DNA of 64,000 bases from Candidatus Humicultor tengchongensis (GTDB taxonomy: Bacteria; Sysuimicrobiota; Sysuimicrobiia; Sysuimicrobiales; Humicultoraceae), in contig JAVKIA010000004.1 of NCBI GenBank assembly GCA_031459715.1, positions 2,755-66,754 on the forward strand, read 5' to 3'. The notes under the pieces were generated by a model that did not search any database, was not told the DNA's origin, and worked only from the letters and a program-made list of their open reading frames with translations. This document shows positions 35,089 through 45,188 of the stretch, piece after piece (within the stretch, counting starts at the first letter, position 1; each line of letters starts with the position of its first letter). The translations under genes and the position numbers were made by a program.

Positions 35089-35693
35089 CGCCCCTCCCCT
35101 CCCTCGCCGGAGGGAAGCCGCCGCGCCCGCAGGGCGTACTCCCAAAGCGCCCGCTGCAGCAGCCATCGTCCGCGGAAGAGGCGGGACATCACCGTGCCAA
35201 TGGGGACTCCCAGGATGCGGGCGATCTCTTTGTAGGTGAACCCTTCCAGGTCCGCCAGGATGACCGCGGTGCGGAAAGCCTCCGGCAGCGAGGCCAGGGC
35301 CGCCTCCACGTCGGCGTCCATGATCGTCTGCAGGATGACCTCTTCCGGGTTCCCCTGGCGGCGCAGCTCCTCACTGGCCCGGACGCGGCTGTAGAGGTAC
35401 TGTGTCTCCATGTCCTCCTGGTCCACCACCTCTGGTTCGCGGTCCGTCTTGCGGTAGGCGTCGATGTAGGCGTTCATCAGGATGCGGTACAGCCAGGCGC
35501 GGGCGTTGGAGCCCGGCTGGAAGGTGTGAAAGGAGCGCCAGGCCTTGAGGAAAGTCTCCTGCACCAGGTCCTCCGCGGCGTCCCGGTCGCGGGTTAGGCG
35601 CAAAGCCGCGCTGTAGAGACGGTGGAGGTGCTCCTCCGCCAGCGCCGCAAACTCCCGGGCGGCCGGGGTCTGTGGCGAAGGCTGGTTCACCAT
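35085..35693 (-). CDS. ECF (group 4) RNA polymerase sigma factor, SigR/SigE-like
   Basis: 202 aa with region 2 (…LVQETFLKAWRSFHTFQPGSNARAWLYRILMNAYIDAYRK) and region 4 (EAFRTAVILADLEGFTYKEIARILGVPIGTVMSRLFRGR). Confidence 0.9.
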   Translation of the reverse strand: MVNQPSPQTPAAREFAALAEEHLHRLYSAALRLTRDRDAAEDLVQETFLKAWRSFHTFQPGSNARAWLYRILMNAYIDAYRKTDREPEVVDQEDMETQYLYSRVRASEELRRQGNPEEVILQTIMDADVEAALASLPEAFRTAVILADLEGFTYKEIARILGVPIGTVMSRLFRGRWLLQRALWEYALRARRLPSGEGGEGR

Positions 35694-35988
35694 CGGTGAA
35701 GGGGACCCCCCAGCGACCTCCCCACGTCCCGCTCAACGTGCGGCTGCGGGAGAAGATTCCAGGACTGCGGCGGGCGGATAACGGAAAGGACAAGGCACCC
35801 CCGACAATCGCGCCCATTTGGGGCCCTCGCCCCGCCCTTTGATGGTCGGGCCAGACCTGCGTGTCCGGGGTGCCCTGCCCTGCTATGAACCTTCGACCAG
35901 GGGGGAGCGTTGTCCTGCCGCAGGTAGGCCGGCGGGCATAGCCCAGCCCCCGGCAGGCATCGCGGTCCTCAGGCGGGAGATTTGGGCT

Positions 35989-36411
35989 CTACTCTGCGCC
36001 GGGGGCGTGCCCGTAGATCATGTCGTGCAGGGTGAGGCGTTCCAGCACCCCTTCAGCCGCGGCCTTCATGGCCATCCAGATGGGGCGGATGCCGCAGCCC
36101 GGGAGGTAAGCGCAGTTGGGATCCTCCACCCCCACGCACCACCACGGCGCTGCTCCCTCCTCCAGGACCTCGAAGGCCTCCCGCAGGGTAATCTGGGCTG
36201 GAGGGCGGGAGAGGGTGTGTCCACCGGCCGGCCCCCGTTTGCTGGCCACCAGCCCGGCCCGGCGCAGCGAGGCCATGATCTGGTTGAGGTAGGATTCGGG
36301 CAGGCCCTGCCGGGCGGCGATCTCGTGGCTCTGGACGTACCCCTCGCCGTAGTGGCGGGCCAGATCCACCAGCGCGCGCAGGCCGTACTCTGCGCGGCTG
36401 CTCACCTTCAC
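35989..36411 (-). CDS. Rrf2-family transcriptional regulator (IscR/CymR-like)
   Basis: The GTG at 36411 gives VKVSSRAEYGLRALVDLARHYGEGYVQSHEIAARQGLPESYLNQIMASLRRAGLVASKRGPAGG…, a canonical Rrf2 wHTH. It lies just downstream of the Cys/sulfur-carrier operon. Confidence 0.8.
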   Translation of the reverse strand: MKVSSRAEYGLRALVDLARHYGEGYVQSHEIAARQGLPESYLNQIMASLRRAGLVASKRGPAGGHTLSRPPAQITLREAFEVLEEGAAPWWCVGVEDPNCAYLPGCGIRPIWMAMKAAAEGVLERLTLHDMIYGHAPGAE

Positions 36412-36446
36412 CGCGCGTGCGCCGTGATCGATCCGGGTACGTACCC

Positions 36447-36848
36447 TCACTGCACGACCACGTCCTCTTCGCTCACCCGGCCGTCGACAATGCGGAAGCC
36501 CCGCACCTCTGGCCGCTGCGCCTGTTGCAGCGATATTATCACATAGACCGCCTCCGGGTAGAATGCCCTGGCCACGTCCGTGCGCGAGGGCGCGGCCTGG
36601 CTGGCGGTGTGCGAGTGGTAGATGCCCACGATCTCCAGTCCTTCCCGGTCCATCTCCCGCAGGAACTGCAAGAGCTGCCGGTCGTCCAGTCGGTAGGTGT
36701 AGGGGCTCTGATCGACGTTGTGCCCGCGGTAGACGCGGAGGACCTGCCCGTCCCGCCCTGCCAGCAACCCACAGCACTCCAGGGGAAAGGTCTCCCGCGC
36801 GTGGGCGATCATCTCTTCCAGGTGCTCCCGCGTCAGCCGCAGCGTCAT
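36447..36848 (-). CDS. JAMM/MPN+ metalloprotease (Mec+-like, sulfur-carrier C-terminal peptidase)
   Basis: 133 aa with JAMM motifs E…(ECCGLLAG)…HSHTASQAAPSRTD, i.e. HxHx7Sx2D. Its start codon abuts the cysM-like stop. Confidence 0.85.
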   Translation of the reverse strand: MTLRLTREHLEEMIAHARETFPLECCGLLAGRDGQVLRVYRGHNVDQSPYTYRLDDRQLLQFLREMDREGLEIVGIYHSHTASQAAPSRTDVARAFYPEAVYVIISLQQAQRPEVRGFRIVDGRVSEEDVVVQ

Positions 36849-37802
36849 CTATCCGAACACCCCGGTGGAGAGGTAGCGGCCGCCGCCGTCGGGCAGAACC
36901 ACCACAATCACCCCCTGGCCGATCTCGCGGGCCACCTGCAGCGCCGCCAGCATGGCCGCGCCGGCCGAGGGGCCGACCAGCCAGCCTTCCTCCCGTGCCA
37001 GGCGCCGAGTCATGGCGTAGGCGGCCTCGGTGGTAACGGCGATCACCCGGTGGTGCACGGAGGGGTCATAGATGCCCGGGACGATGGAGGTGGCCATGTG
37101 CTTCAGCCCCTCCAGGCCGTGCAGCGGGCCGTCGGGCTCCACGGCGATGATCTGCACGTGTGGCCGCTCCTCCCGCAGCCGCCGTCCCACCCCCACCAGG
37201 GTGCCCGAGGTGCCCAGGCCGGCGATGAAGTGGGTGAGGCGGCCCTCGCTCTGGGCGATGATCTCCGCTCCCGTGGTCTCGTAGTGGGCGCGCCAGTTGG
37301 CGGGATTGTTGTACTGATCCAGCAGGAGGTAACGGTACGGCGCGGCGGCAAACAGCTGCCGCGCCAGGCGGATGGCTCCGTCGGACCCCTCCAGCGGGTC
37401 GGAGGGGATGACCGTGGCCCCGAAGGCCTGGATGATCCGCCGTCGCTCCACGCTCACGTTCTGCGGCATGACCAGCTCCACCCGGTAGCCCTTGGCCGCT
37501 CCGATCATGGCGTAGGCGATGCCCGCGTTCCCCGAGGTGGCATCCAGGAGGACCTTCCCCGGGGTGAGCCGGCCCTCGCGCTCCGCCTCCTCGATCATCC
37601 GCAGCACGGGCCGGTCCTTCACCGACCCTCCGGGATTGAACCACTCCGCCTTGGCCAGGATCTCCACCCCGGGGGGGACACCGCCCAGGCGCGTCACCCG
37701 CAGCAGCGGCGTGCGACCGATGCACCCCAGGAGGTGGCTGCCGAGACGGTGGGCGGGCGAGACCGGGCGGGTGGACACTCCTGCCGTCACCTCAGTCGTC
37801 AA
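36849..37802 (-). CDS. cysM: Cysteine synthase B-like PLP enzyme (CysM / CysO-dependent type)
   Basis: 317 aa: …LLRVTRL…ILAKAEWFNPGGSVKDRPVLRMIEEAEREGRL…TSGNAGIAYAM…, PLP fold-type II. Confidence 0.8.
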   Translation of the reverse strand: MTTEVTAGVSTRPVSPAHRLGSHLLGCIGRTPLLRVTRLGGVPPGVEILAKAEWFNPGGSVKDRPVLRMIEEAEREGRLTPGKVLLDATSGNAGIAYAMIGAAKGYRVELVMPQNVSVERRRIIQAFGATVIPSDPLEGSDGAIRLARQLFAAAPYRYLLLDQYNNPANWRAHYETTGAEIIAQSEGRLTHFIAGLGTSGTLVGVGRRLREERPHVQIIAVEPDGPLHGLEGLKHMATSIVPGIYDPSVHHRVIAVTTEAAYAMTRRLAREEGWLVGPSAGAAMLAALQVAREIGQGVIVVVLPDGGGRYLSTGVFG

Positions 37803-38631
37803 AGAGGACCGTGGGCTCCGGGTAGAGACGCACCCGATGGGCCAGCAGGCGCGCGTGGATCAGATCGCGCAGGGCGGCGTTCTTCTCCTCCACCGTGCCG
37901 GGCGCACGCAGCACCTCCAGCGGCAGGTTGACTCGCAGCGCGCGGTTGGGGATGACATGGCGGGTGATCCCGGTGGGCAGCTTCTGCGGGAGGACGGCCA
38001 GCCGCAGGATCTGCGCCTTGGTGAAGCGCGGGAAGACCACCAGCACGCCGATCCGGTCGTATTCGGCACGCAGGAGGCGGCGGTCCGTGGTCAGGACGCG
38101 GTAGATGGGTACGCGTCCGTTGTAGGCGTCCACCACGGCGCGCATGGCCCCCACCCGCGCGGTGAGGGACCGCTCCGCCCGCACACCCAGCACCCCCTGC
38201 TCCCAGATCAGGCCGCAGGCCAGGCGGCCGTTGCGCAGCGCGCCGGCCAGCCGGGCGGTGCTGTCCAGGGGAACCAGCGGTAGCTGTGGAAGCAGGCGCG
38301 CCAGCGCGGGGCCATCCTCCCGCAGCAGGTGGTGCCACACCTCCACGCGCACCGCAGCCGCGCCGTAATCCACGACCTGAAGGAGGTGGTGCGGGAGGCC
38401 CAGGCGCTGCAGGGCGCAGGTGCGGTTCGCCCCGTCCAGAATCACGTAGCCGCCATCCGGCAGCGCCGCGGCCAGCGGCGGGTTGCGCAGCACCCCCTCC
38501 TGCTCCAGCTGCTCCACCAGCGCGGCGACGCGCCTCGGATCGGCGTCCTCGTGCAGGTGGACCTCCGCCGCCGGGACGATGCGCAGGGTGGGGAGGACCT
38601 GGGCGGAGGAGGAACGGGCGGGAGGCGTCAT
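37792..38631 (-). CDS. ParB/Srx-like (sulfiredoxin-fold) domain protein of unknown function, embedded in the sulfur-carrier operon
   Basis: 279 aa. The N-terminal region shows a ParB/Srx-type motif (GGYVILDGANRTCALQRLGLPHHLLQVVDY). There is an 11-nt overlap with the downstream cysM-like gene and a 4-nt overlap with the upstream CBS-like gene. Confidence 0.5.
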   Translation of the reverse strand: MTPPARSSSAQVLPTLRIVPAAEVHLHEDADPRRVAALVEQLEQEGVLRNPPLAAALPDGGYVILDGANRTCALQRLGLPHHLLQVVDYGAAAVRVEVWHHLLREDGPALARLLPQLPLVPLDSTARLAGALRNGRLACGLIWEQGVLGVRAERSLTARVGAMRAVVDAYNGRVPIYRVLTTDRRLLRAEYDRIGVLVVFPRFTKAQILRLAVLPQKLPTGITRHVIPNRALRVNLPLEVLRAPGTVEEKNAALRDLIHARLLAHRVRLYPEPTVLFDD

Positions 38632-40028
38632 GGGCGACCGAGGACCCTGGCCAGGTGGTCGATGACGTCGATCTTGGTGACGATGCCGACGACGCGTCCG
38701 CTGTCGATGACCACAGCCGCGTTGGCGCTGAGGAAGATCTCCGCCAGCTCGCCCACCGGCGTCTCCGGCGTGACCACCGGGGCGCCGGGGTTAACCAGAA
38801 GGGTGATGGGGTCGTCGAGGCCGCCTCCGCCCTCCAGCAGGTAGGAGAGCAGATCCACCTCGCTGACCATGCCCACCAGGCCGCCGTCAGCCACCACCGG
38901 CAGCTGGGAGACGTCGTACTGCTTCATCTTGGCGATCACCGCGCGCACCTGCTCGTCGGGCGTCGCGGTGATCAGCGGCAGGCCCTTGGCCCGCAGCAGG
39001 TCGGCCACGGTGCCCAGCTCCGCCTCCAGGTAGCCGTTCTCCCGCATCCAGTCGTCGTCGAAGACCTTGGAGAGGTAGCGAAACCCGGAGTCGGGCAGGA
39101 TGACCACAGCCCGCTTCCCCTCTCCGTGGTCGGGCAGACCGCGCAGGTAGCGCAGGGCCCCGGCCACGGCGCTGCCGCTGCTGCCTCCGCAGAACAACCC
39201 CTCTTCCCGCACCAGGCGACGGGTCATGAGGAAGGATTCCCGGTCGGTGACCTGGACCACCTCATCCACGACGCGGAAGTCCATGGTTCCGGGAAGGAAG
39301 TCCTCGCCGATCCCTTCCACCTTGTAGGTGTGCGCCTCCCCCAGCGTGCCGCTGCGGAAGTAGTGGCTGTACACCGAGCCCACCGGGTCCACACCCACCA
39401 CCTTCACCTGAGGGTTGCGCTCCTTAAGGAAGCGTCCCACTCCGGAGATGGTCCCCCCGGTGCCCATGCCACAGACGAGGATGTCCACGCGGCCGCCGCT
39501 GTCCTCCCAGATCTCCGGGCCGGTGGTTTCGTAGTGAGCGGCGGGGTTGTCCGGGTTGTGGTACTGGTCGGCGTACCAGGCGCCGGCGGTCTCCTCCGCC
39601 AGCCGCCGGCTGACGCTGTAGTAGGAGCGCGGGTCCTGGGGCGCCACCGCCGTGGGCGTGATCACCACCCTGGCGCCGAAGGCGCGCAGGAGGCGGATCT
39701 TCTCCTCGGACATCTTATCCGGCATCACGAAGATGCAGCGGTAGCCGCGCACGGCTGCCACCAGGGCCAGGCCCATGCCGGTGTTGCCCGAGGTGGCCTC
39801 AACGATGGTCCCCCCCGGCCGCAGCCTCCCCTGCGCCTCCGCCACAGCCACCATGCGCACGCCGATGCGGTCCTTCACCGACCCTCCGGGGTTGAGGAAC
39901 TCCAGCTTGGCCACCACGTCGGCGCGCACGCCCCGGGCCACCCGGTGCAGGCGCACCAGCGGGGTCCCTCCCACCACCTCCAGGATGCTGTCGTGGATGC
40001 GTTCGCCGGCGCGCACCTGCGTCCTCAC
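38628..40028 (-). CDS. Cystathionine beta-synthase-like PLP enzyme with C-terminal tandem CBS domains
   Basis: The true start is the GTG at 40028, in a GTGA overlap with the cysO-like stop that I checked. It contains …SILEVVGGTPLVRLHRV…KLEFLNPGGSVKDRIGVRMV…TSGNTGMGLAL…, and the C-terminus has two CBS motifs (…VRAVIAKMKQYDVSQLPVV…, …GVVGIVTKIDVIDHL). The 571-aa track ORF is over-extended. Confidence 0.8.
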   Translation of the reverse strand: MRTQVRAGERIHDSILEVVGGTPLVRLHRVARGVRADVVAKLEFLNPGGSVKDRIGVRMVAVAEAQGRLRPGGTIVEATSGNTGMGLALVAAVRGYRCIFVMPDKMSEEKIRLLRAFGARVVITPTAVAPQDPRSYYSVSRRLAEETAGAWYADQYHNPDNPAAHYETTGPEIWEDSGGRVDILVCGMGTGGTISGVGRFLKERNPQVKVVGVDPVGSVYSHYFRSGTLGEAHTYKVEGIGEDFLPGTMDFRVVDEVVQVTDRESFLMTRRLVREEGLFCGGSSGSAVAGALRYLRGLPDHGEGKRAVVILPDSGFRYLSKVFDDDWMRENGYLEAELGTVADLLRAKGLPLITATPDEQVRAVIAKMKQYDVSQLPVVADGGLVGMVSEVDLLSYLLEGGGGLDDPITLLVNPGAPVVTPETPVGELAEIFLSANAAVVIDSGRVVGIVTKIDVIDHLARVLGRP

Positions 40029-40327
40029 CCCTCGGCCTCCCCCGCCGTCCCCCCGGCCATGGCCGGAATGATGGACACCTCGTCCTGCGGCCCCACCGGG
40101 GTCTCCTCCCCGCGCAGGGTGCGCATCTCGTCGCCGTTGACGAAGATGTTGATGTAGGCGCGCACGTGCCCCTGGTCGTCCAGCACCTGGGCGCCCACCC
40201 CCGGGTAGGCCGCGTGCAGGTTCGCCAGCACCTCCCGCACCGTGCTTCCCGGGATCTGCACCCGGCTCTGCCCGCCGGTCTGCCGCCGCAGCGGCGCGGG
40301 CAGGTAGACAGTTGCCATGGACATCAC
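40025..40327 (-). CDS. MoaD/ThiS/CysO-family sulfur-carrier protein with a C-terminal extension after the Gly-Gly
   Basis: 100 aa: …VRAYINIFVNGDEMRTLRGEETPVGPQDEVSIIPAMAGG-TAGEAEG*. This is a beta-grasp carrier ending in GG followed by a 7-residue tail. A JAMM protease is encoded in the same operon. Confidence 0.75.
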   Translation of the reverse strand: MMSMATVYLPAPLRRQTGGQSRVQIPGSTVREVLANLHAAYPGVGAQVLDDQGHVRAYINIFVNGDEMRTLRGEETPVGPQDEVSIIPAMAGGTAGEAEG

Positions 40328-40393
40328 CTCCTACGCACCCCACGAATTCTGTCCGCGAATTCGTGGGGACCCCCGGAACTCATCTCCCCCTTC

Positions 40394-41545
40394 CTAGGAC
40401 CCCAGCGCCTGGTCCAGGTCCGCCATCAGATCCTCCGGGTGCTCCAACCCCACCGAGAGGCGCAGCAGCCCCTCCTCCACCGCCAGGGGTGTCCCCGCCA
40501 CGCTGGCGTGAGTCATCGACGCCGGGTGATCGATCAACGACTCAACCCCGCCCAGGCTCTCCGCCAGGAGGAACAGTCGGGTCGCGGACGCGACCCGACG
40601 GGCTTCCGCCTTCCCGCCGTGGACCACGAACGAGACCATGCCGCCGAAGCAGCGCATCTGCCGCGCGGCCAGCTCGTGGCCGGGATGGTCGGCCAGCCCC
40701 GGATAGAGGACCAGGCTGACCCGCGGATGCCGGCGCAGGAAGTGAGCCACCTTCGCCGCGTTCTGCGGGTGCCGCTCCATGCGCACCGCCAGGGTGCGCA
40801 GCCCGCGCAGAACCAGCCAGCAGTCCAGCGGGCCGGGGACGGCGCCCACCGCATTTTGCAGGAACTTCAGCCGCTGGTACAGGTCGGCGCGGGAGGTGAG
40901 CACCGCCCCGCCCACTACGTCGCTGTGGCCCCCCAGGTACTTGGTCGTGGAGTGGACCACCAGGTCGGCGCCCAGGCGCAGCGGCTGCTGCCCGTAGGGG
41001 GTGGCAAAGGTATTGTCCACCGCCACCAGCGCCCCGGCGGCGTGGCCCAGCTCCGCCAGGCGGGCGATGTCCAGGATGTGCAGGTAGGGGTTGGTGGGCG
41101 TCTCCAGGAAGAGCAGCCGGGTGCTTTCCCGCATCGTCCGCTCCACCGTGGGAAGGTTGCGCATGTCCACGAAGGTGGTCTCGATGCCATAGCGCTGCAG
41201 GACACGAACGAAGAGGCGGTGTGTGCCGCCGTAGACATCATCCGGGGCCACCACGTGGTCCCCGGGGGCAAGCAGCAGGGCCACTGCGGTGATGGCCGCC
41301 ATCCCCGAGGCGAAGGCCAGCCCGTACTCCGCCTCCTCCAGAGAGGCCAGTGCCCGCTCCAGGGCGGTGCGGGTGGGGTTGGCGGTGCGGGAGTAATCGT
41401 ACCCCCGGTGCTCCCCTGGAGCCTGCTGCACGTAGGTAGAAGTCTGGTAGATGGGAGGGATCACCGCCCCGGTGGTGGGGTCGGGCGCCTGGCCATCGTG
41501 GATGGCCCGCGTCTCGAAGCGGTGGGAGGACGGCATCAGGAGCAC
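40394..41545 (-). CDS. Cys/Met-metabolism PLP enzyme (cystathionine gamma-synthase / gamma-lyase family, MetB/MetC-like)
   Basis: 383 aa: …FETRAIHDGQ…SRTANPTRTALE…, with the conserved PLP-lysine region (…HSTTKYLGGHSDVVGGAV…). Confidence 0.85.
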   Translation of the reverse strand: MLLMPSSHRFETRAIHDGQAPDPTTGAVIPPIYQTSTYVQQAPGEHRGYDYSRTANPTRTALERALASLEEAEYGLAFASGMAAITAVALLLAPGDHVVAPDDVYGGTHRLFVRVLQRYGIETTFVDMRNLPTVERTMRESTRLLFLETPTNPYLHILDIARLAELGHAAGALVAVDNTFATPYGQQPLRLGADLVVHSTTKYLGGHSDVVGGAVLTSRADLYQRLKFLQNAVGAVPGPLDCWLVLRGLRTLAVRMERHPQNAAKVAHFLRRHPRVSLVLYPGLADHPGHELAARQMRCFGGMVSFVVHGGKAEARRVASATRLFLLAESLGGVESLIDHPASMTHASVAGTPLAVEEGLLRLSVGLEHPEDLMADLDQALGS

Positions 41546-42243
41546 ACCGTCTCCGCCGCCAGCGGGGCCAGCCGCTCTTCCACCTCCGGCCGCCCCACCG
41601 GCAGCAGCTCCAGGGCGTACACTTCGGCGAACCGTCGTGCGTAGGCATCGGCCACCGCGGCAACGGAGACCTCCTGGCCCAGCAGACGGCTCATGGAGGT
41701 GACGGGGCGGTTCAGGCCGCAGGGGTTGATCCAGGTGAAGGGCTCCAGATCTGTGGTGACGTTCAGGGCCACCCCATGCATGGTCACCCGCCGCTTCACC
41801 GCCACGCCCACGGCGGCCAGTTTCGCCTCGCCTACCCAGACGCCGGGGAAGCCGCGCATCCGGACGGCGTTGATCCCGAAGTCGGCGACGGTTCGGATCA
41901 CCGACTCCTCCAGCGCTCGCATGAAGCGCACCACGTCCTCATCCATGGCCCGCAGGTCGAGGATGGGATACGCCACCAGCTGCCCCGGCCCGTGGTAGGT
42001 GACCCCGCCGCCGCGCTCGATCTGGTAGATCTCGACGCCGCGCTGCCGCAGCACCTCGGGAGGCAGCAGCAGGTGCCCCCGATCCCCGGACCGCCCCAGG
42101 GTGATCACCGGGTGATGCTGCAGCAGCAGGACCACGTCGGGGATGGCTGCCCGCTGCCGGGCGGCGACCAGCCGCCGCTGCAGCGCCCAGGCGTCGGCAA
42201 AGGGCGTCAGCCCTTCAAGGGTCACCAGCCATGCATCCCGCAT
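41536..42243 (-). CDS. lipB: Octanoyltransferase LipB
   Basis: From the ATG at 42243: MRDAWLVTLEGLTPFADAWALQRRLV…HHPVITLGRSGD…GGGVTYHGPGQLVAYPIL…, with the LipB catalytic Cys region NPCGL. Confidence 0.85.
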   Translation of the reverse strand: MRDAWLVTLEGLTPFADAWALQRRLVAARQRAAIPDVVLLLQHHPVITLGRSGDRGHLLLPPEVLRQRGVEIYQIERGGGVTYHGPGQLVAYPILDLRAMDEDVVRFMRALEESVIRTVADFGINAVRMRGFPGVWVGEAKLAAVGVAVKRRVTMHGVALNVTTDLEPFTWINPCGLNRPVTSMSRLLGQEVSVAAVADAYARRFAEVYALELLPVGRPEVEERLAPLAAETVCS

Positions 42244-42481
42244 CTTGGCTCCTATTCTAGCCGCATGCCCACGGCCAGGCGTGACCGCAGGCAGCAACGA
42301 CCCGGCACGGTCGGACGCTCATGGCAACGTCGTCTGGGCTGGTCGGGCCTGTGCAGCCCGACGGGAGGGCGAAGGCCGCTAGGCCTCCGCCCGGAGACAG
42401 ATGCAGGAGCGAGGGCGCGGAGCCAGGGGGTGCGCAGGTACTGGGCGCACAGACATGACAGCAGGCATCATAGCACGACAT

Positions 42482-43548
<1,067 letters not shown>

Positions 43549-43552
<4 letters not shown>

Positions 43553-45183
43553 CCCTCTCCCCTCCACCGCTCCTGCGCCAGCAGCAGCCACAGGGAGAGG
43601 GAGGAGAATCCCAGCAGCATCAGCGCGGGAGCGGCTGCCCGGGCGAAGAACCCTTCGGTGGCCGTGGACCAGATGCGCGTGGCCAGCGTCTCGAAGCCCG
43701 TGGGGCCAAGCAGCAGCGTCGCCGGCAGCTCCTTCATCGTGGTGAGGAAGACCAGCGCCGCCGCTGCCACCACCCCCGGGCGGACCAGCGGCAGGGTAAC
43801 GGTGCGCAGGACCTGGAAGGGGCTGCGCCCCAGGGTCTGCGCCGCCTCCTCCTGTGAGGGGCTCACCTGCGCCAGGCCCGCACGCAGCGGGCCCAGTGCC
43901 TGGGGCAGGAAGTGAACGGCGTAGGCGAAGATCAGTAGCCCCAGCGTCTGGTAGACGAACGGCAGATAGCGTGCGGCGAAGAAGACCAGCGATAGCGCCA
44001 GGACGATGCCGGGAAGGGCGAACCCGGCGTAGGTGAGGCGCGAGATCAGGCCGGCCAGCCACCCCCCGTGGCGCACGGAGAGGATGGCCACGGGCAGCGC
44101 CGCCACCACCGTGACTCCCGCCGCCAGGACGGAGGCATACAGGGAGCGAAAGGCGGGGCGCAACGCCAGAGCCAGGGGCTCACCCTGCCGTACTCCCACC
44201 ACCAGCCAGTAGCCGATGACCCCTACAGGGACAAGCACGCCCAGCACGGTCGCCAGCCCGCACAGCGTCAGGGCCGGCCACCGCCAGGGGCCCAGCCGCC
44301 GGGGGGGAAGGGCACGGGAGGTCCCCCGCAGGCGGTAGAACCGGCCCCGCCCTTGCCGATCCTCCAGGAGCACTATCAGCGAGGCCATGGCTACCAGCAC
44401 CAGGGAGAGGACGGCCGCGTAGTGCCGGTTGAAGGACGCCTGATACTGCAGGTAGATGGCCGTGGTGAAGGACTCGAACTGCATCATGGAAACGGCACCG
44501 AAGTCGCTGAGCACGTACAGCGCCACCAGCACGGCACCCGCGCCCACCCACGGCCTCAAGTGGGGGACGGTGACGCGGCAGAAGGCGCGCCAGCCTCCAT
44601 CGCCCAGGGTGCGCGCTGCCTCCTCCAGGGCCGGGTCCATCCCGCGCAGGCCCGCCCGGGCGCTTAGCAGGACGTAGGGATAGGTCACCAGGGTGAGGGT
44701 GATCCAGGCACCGGGGAACCCGTAAAGGCCCCCTGGCCGCAAGGCGATCCCCAGGCGGTCTGCCAGGTGGTGCACCACCCCCCACGGCCCGAAGACGGTA
44801 GCCACGATGATCCCGCTGATGAAGGAGGGTACCGCCAGCGGCAGAACGGTGAGTGTACTCCACAGCCGCGCGCCCGGCAGGTCGGTGCGGGTGGTCACCC
44901 AGGCCAGGGGCAGGGCGACGGCCACCGCGCTGGCGGTGACGGCCGAAGCCAGAAGCACGGTGCGCAGGAGGATGCGGAGTGTACGGGGCTGCACCAGCAG
45001 GCGCCAGATCCCTTCGTCCGCGCCGGCCGCACGCACTCCCAGGTAGAGCACGGGCAGCAGCAGCGCCCCTGCCACCAGCAGCGAGGGTAGCAGAACTAGA
45101 GGGCCGGGAGGCCGACGACGGACCGGACCGCGGACCGGGCCCTCCCTGCGCAGCGTCAGGGCAGACGGCAGGGCCACAGCCAT
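43549..45183 (-). CDS. Fe3+ ABC transporter permease, fused two-domain (FbpB-like)
   Basis: 544 aa with about 12 TM helices and two EAA-like loops (…ARTLGDGGWRAFCRVTVPHLRP…, …AAQTLGRSPFQVLRTVTLPLVRP…). Confidence 0.8.
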
Positions 45184-45188
45184 GGCCG

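Noticed and set aside
38286-40157. 623-aa plus-strand ORF, together with the 492-aa ORF at 40166..41644 and the 504-aa ORF at 36417..37931
   Set aside because: They are antisense to the CBS, cysO-like, metB-like, cysM-like and JAMM genes. They have no domain signatures and a biased composition.
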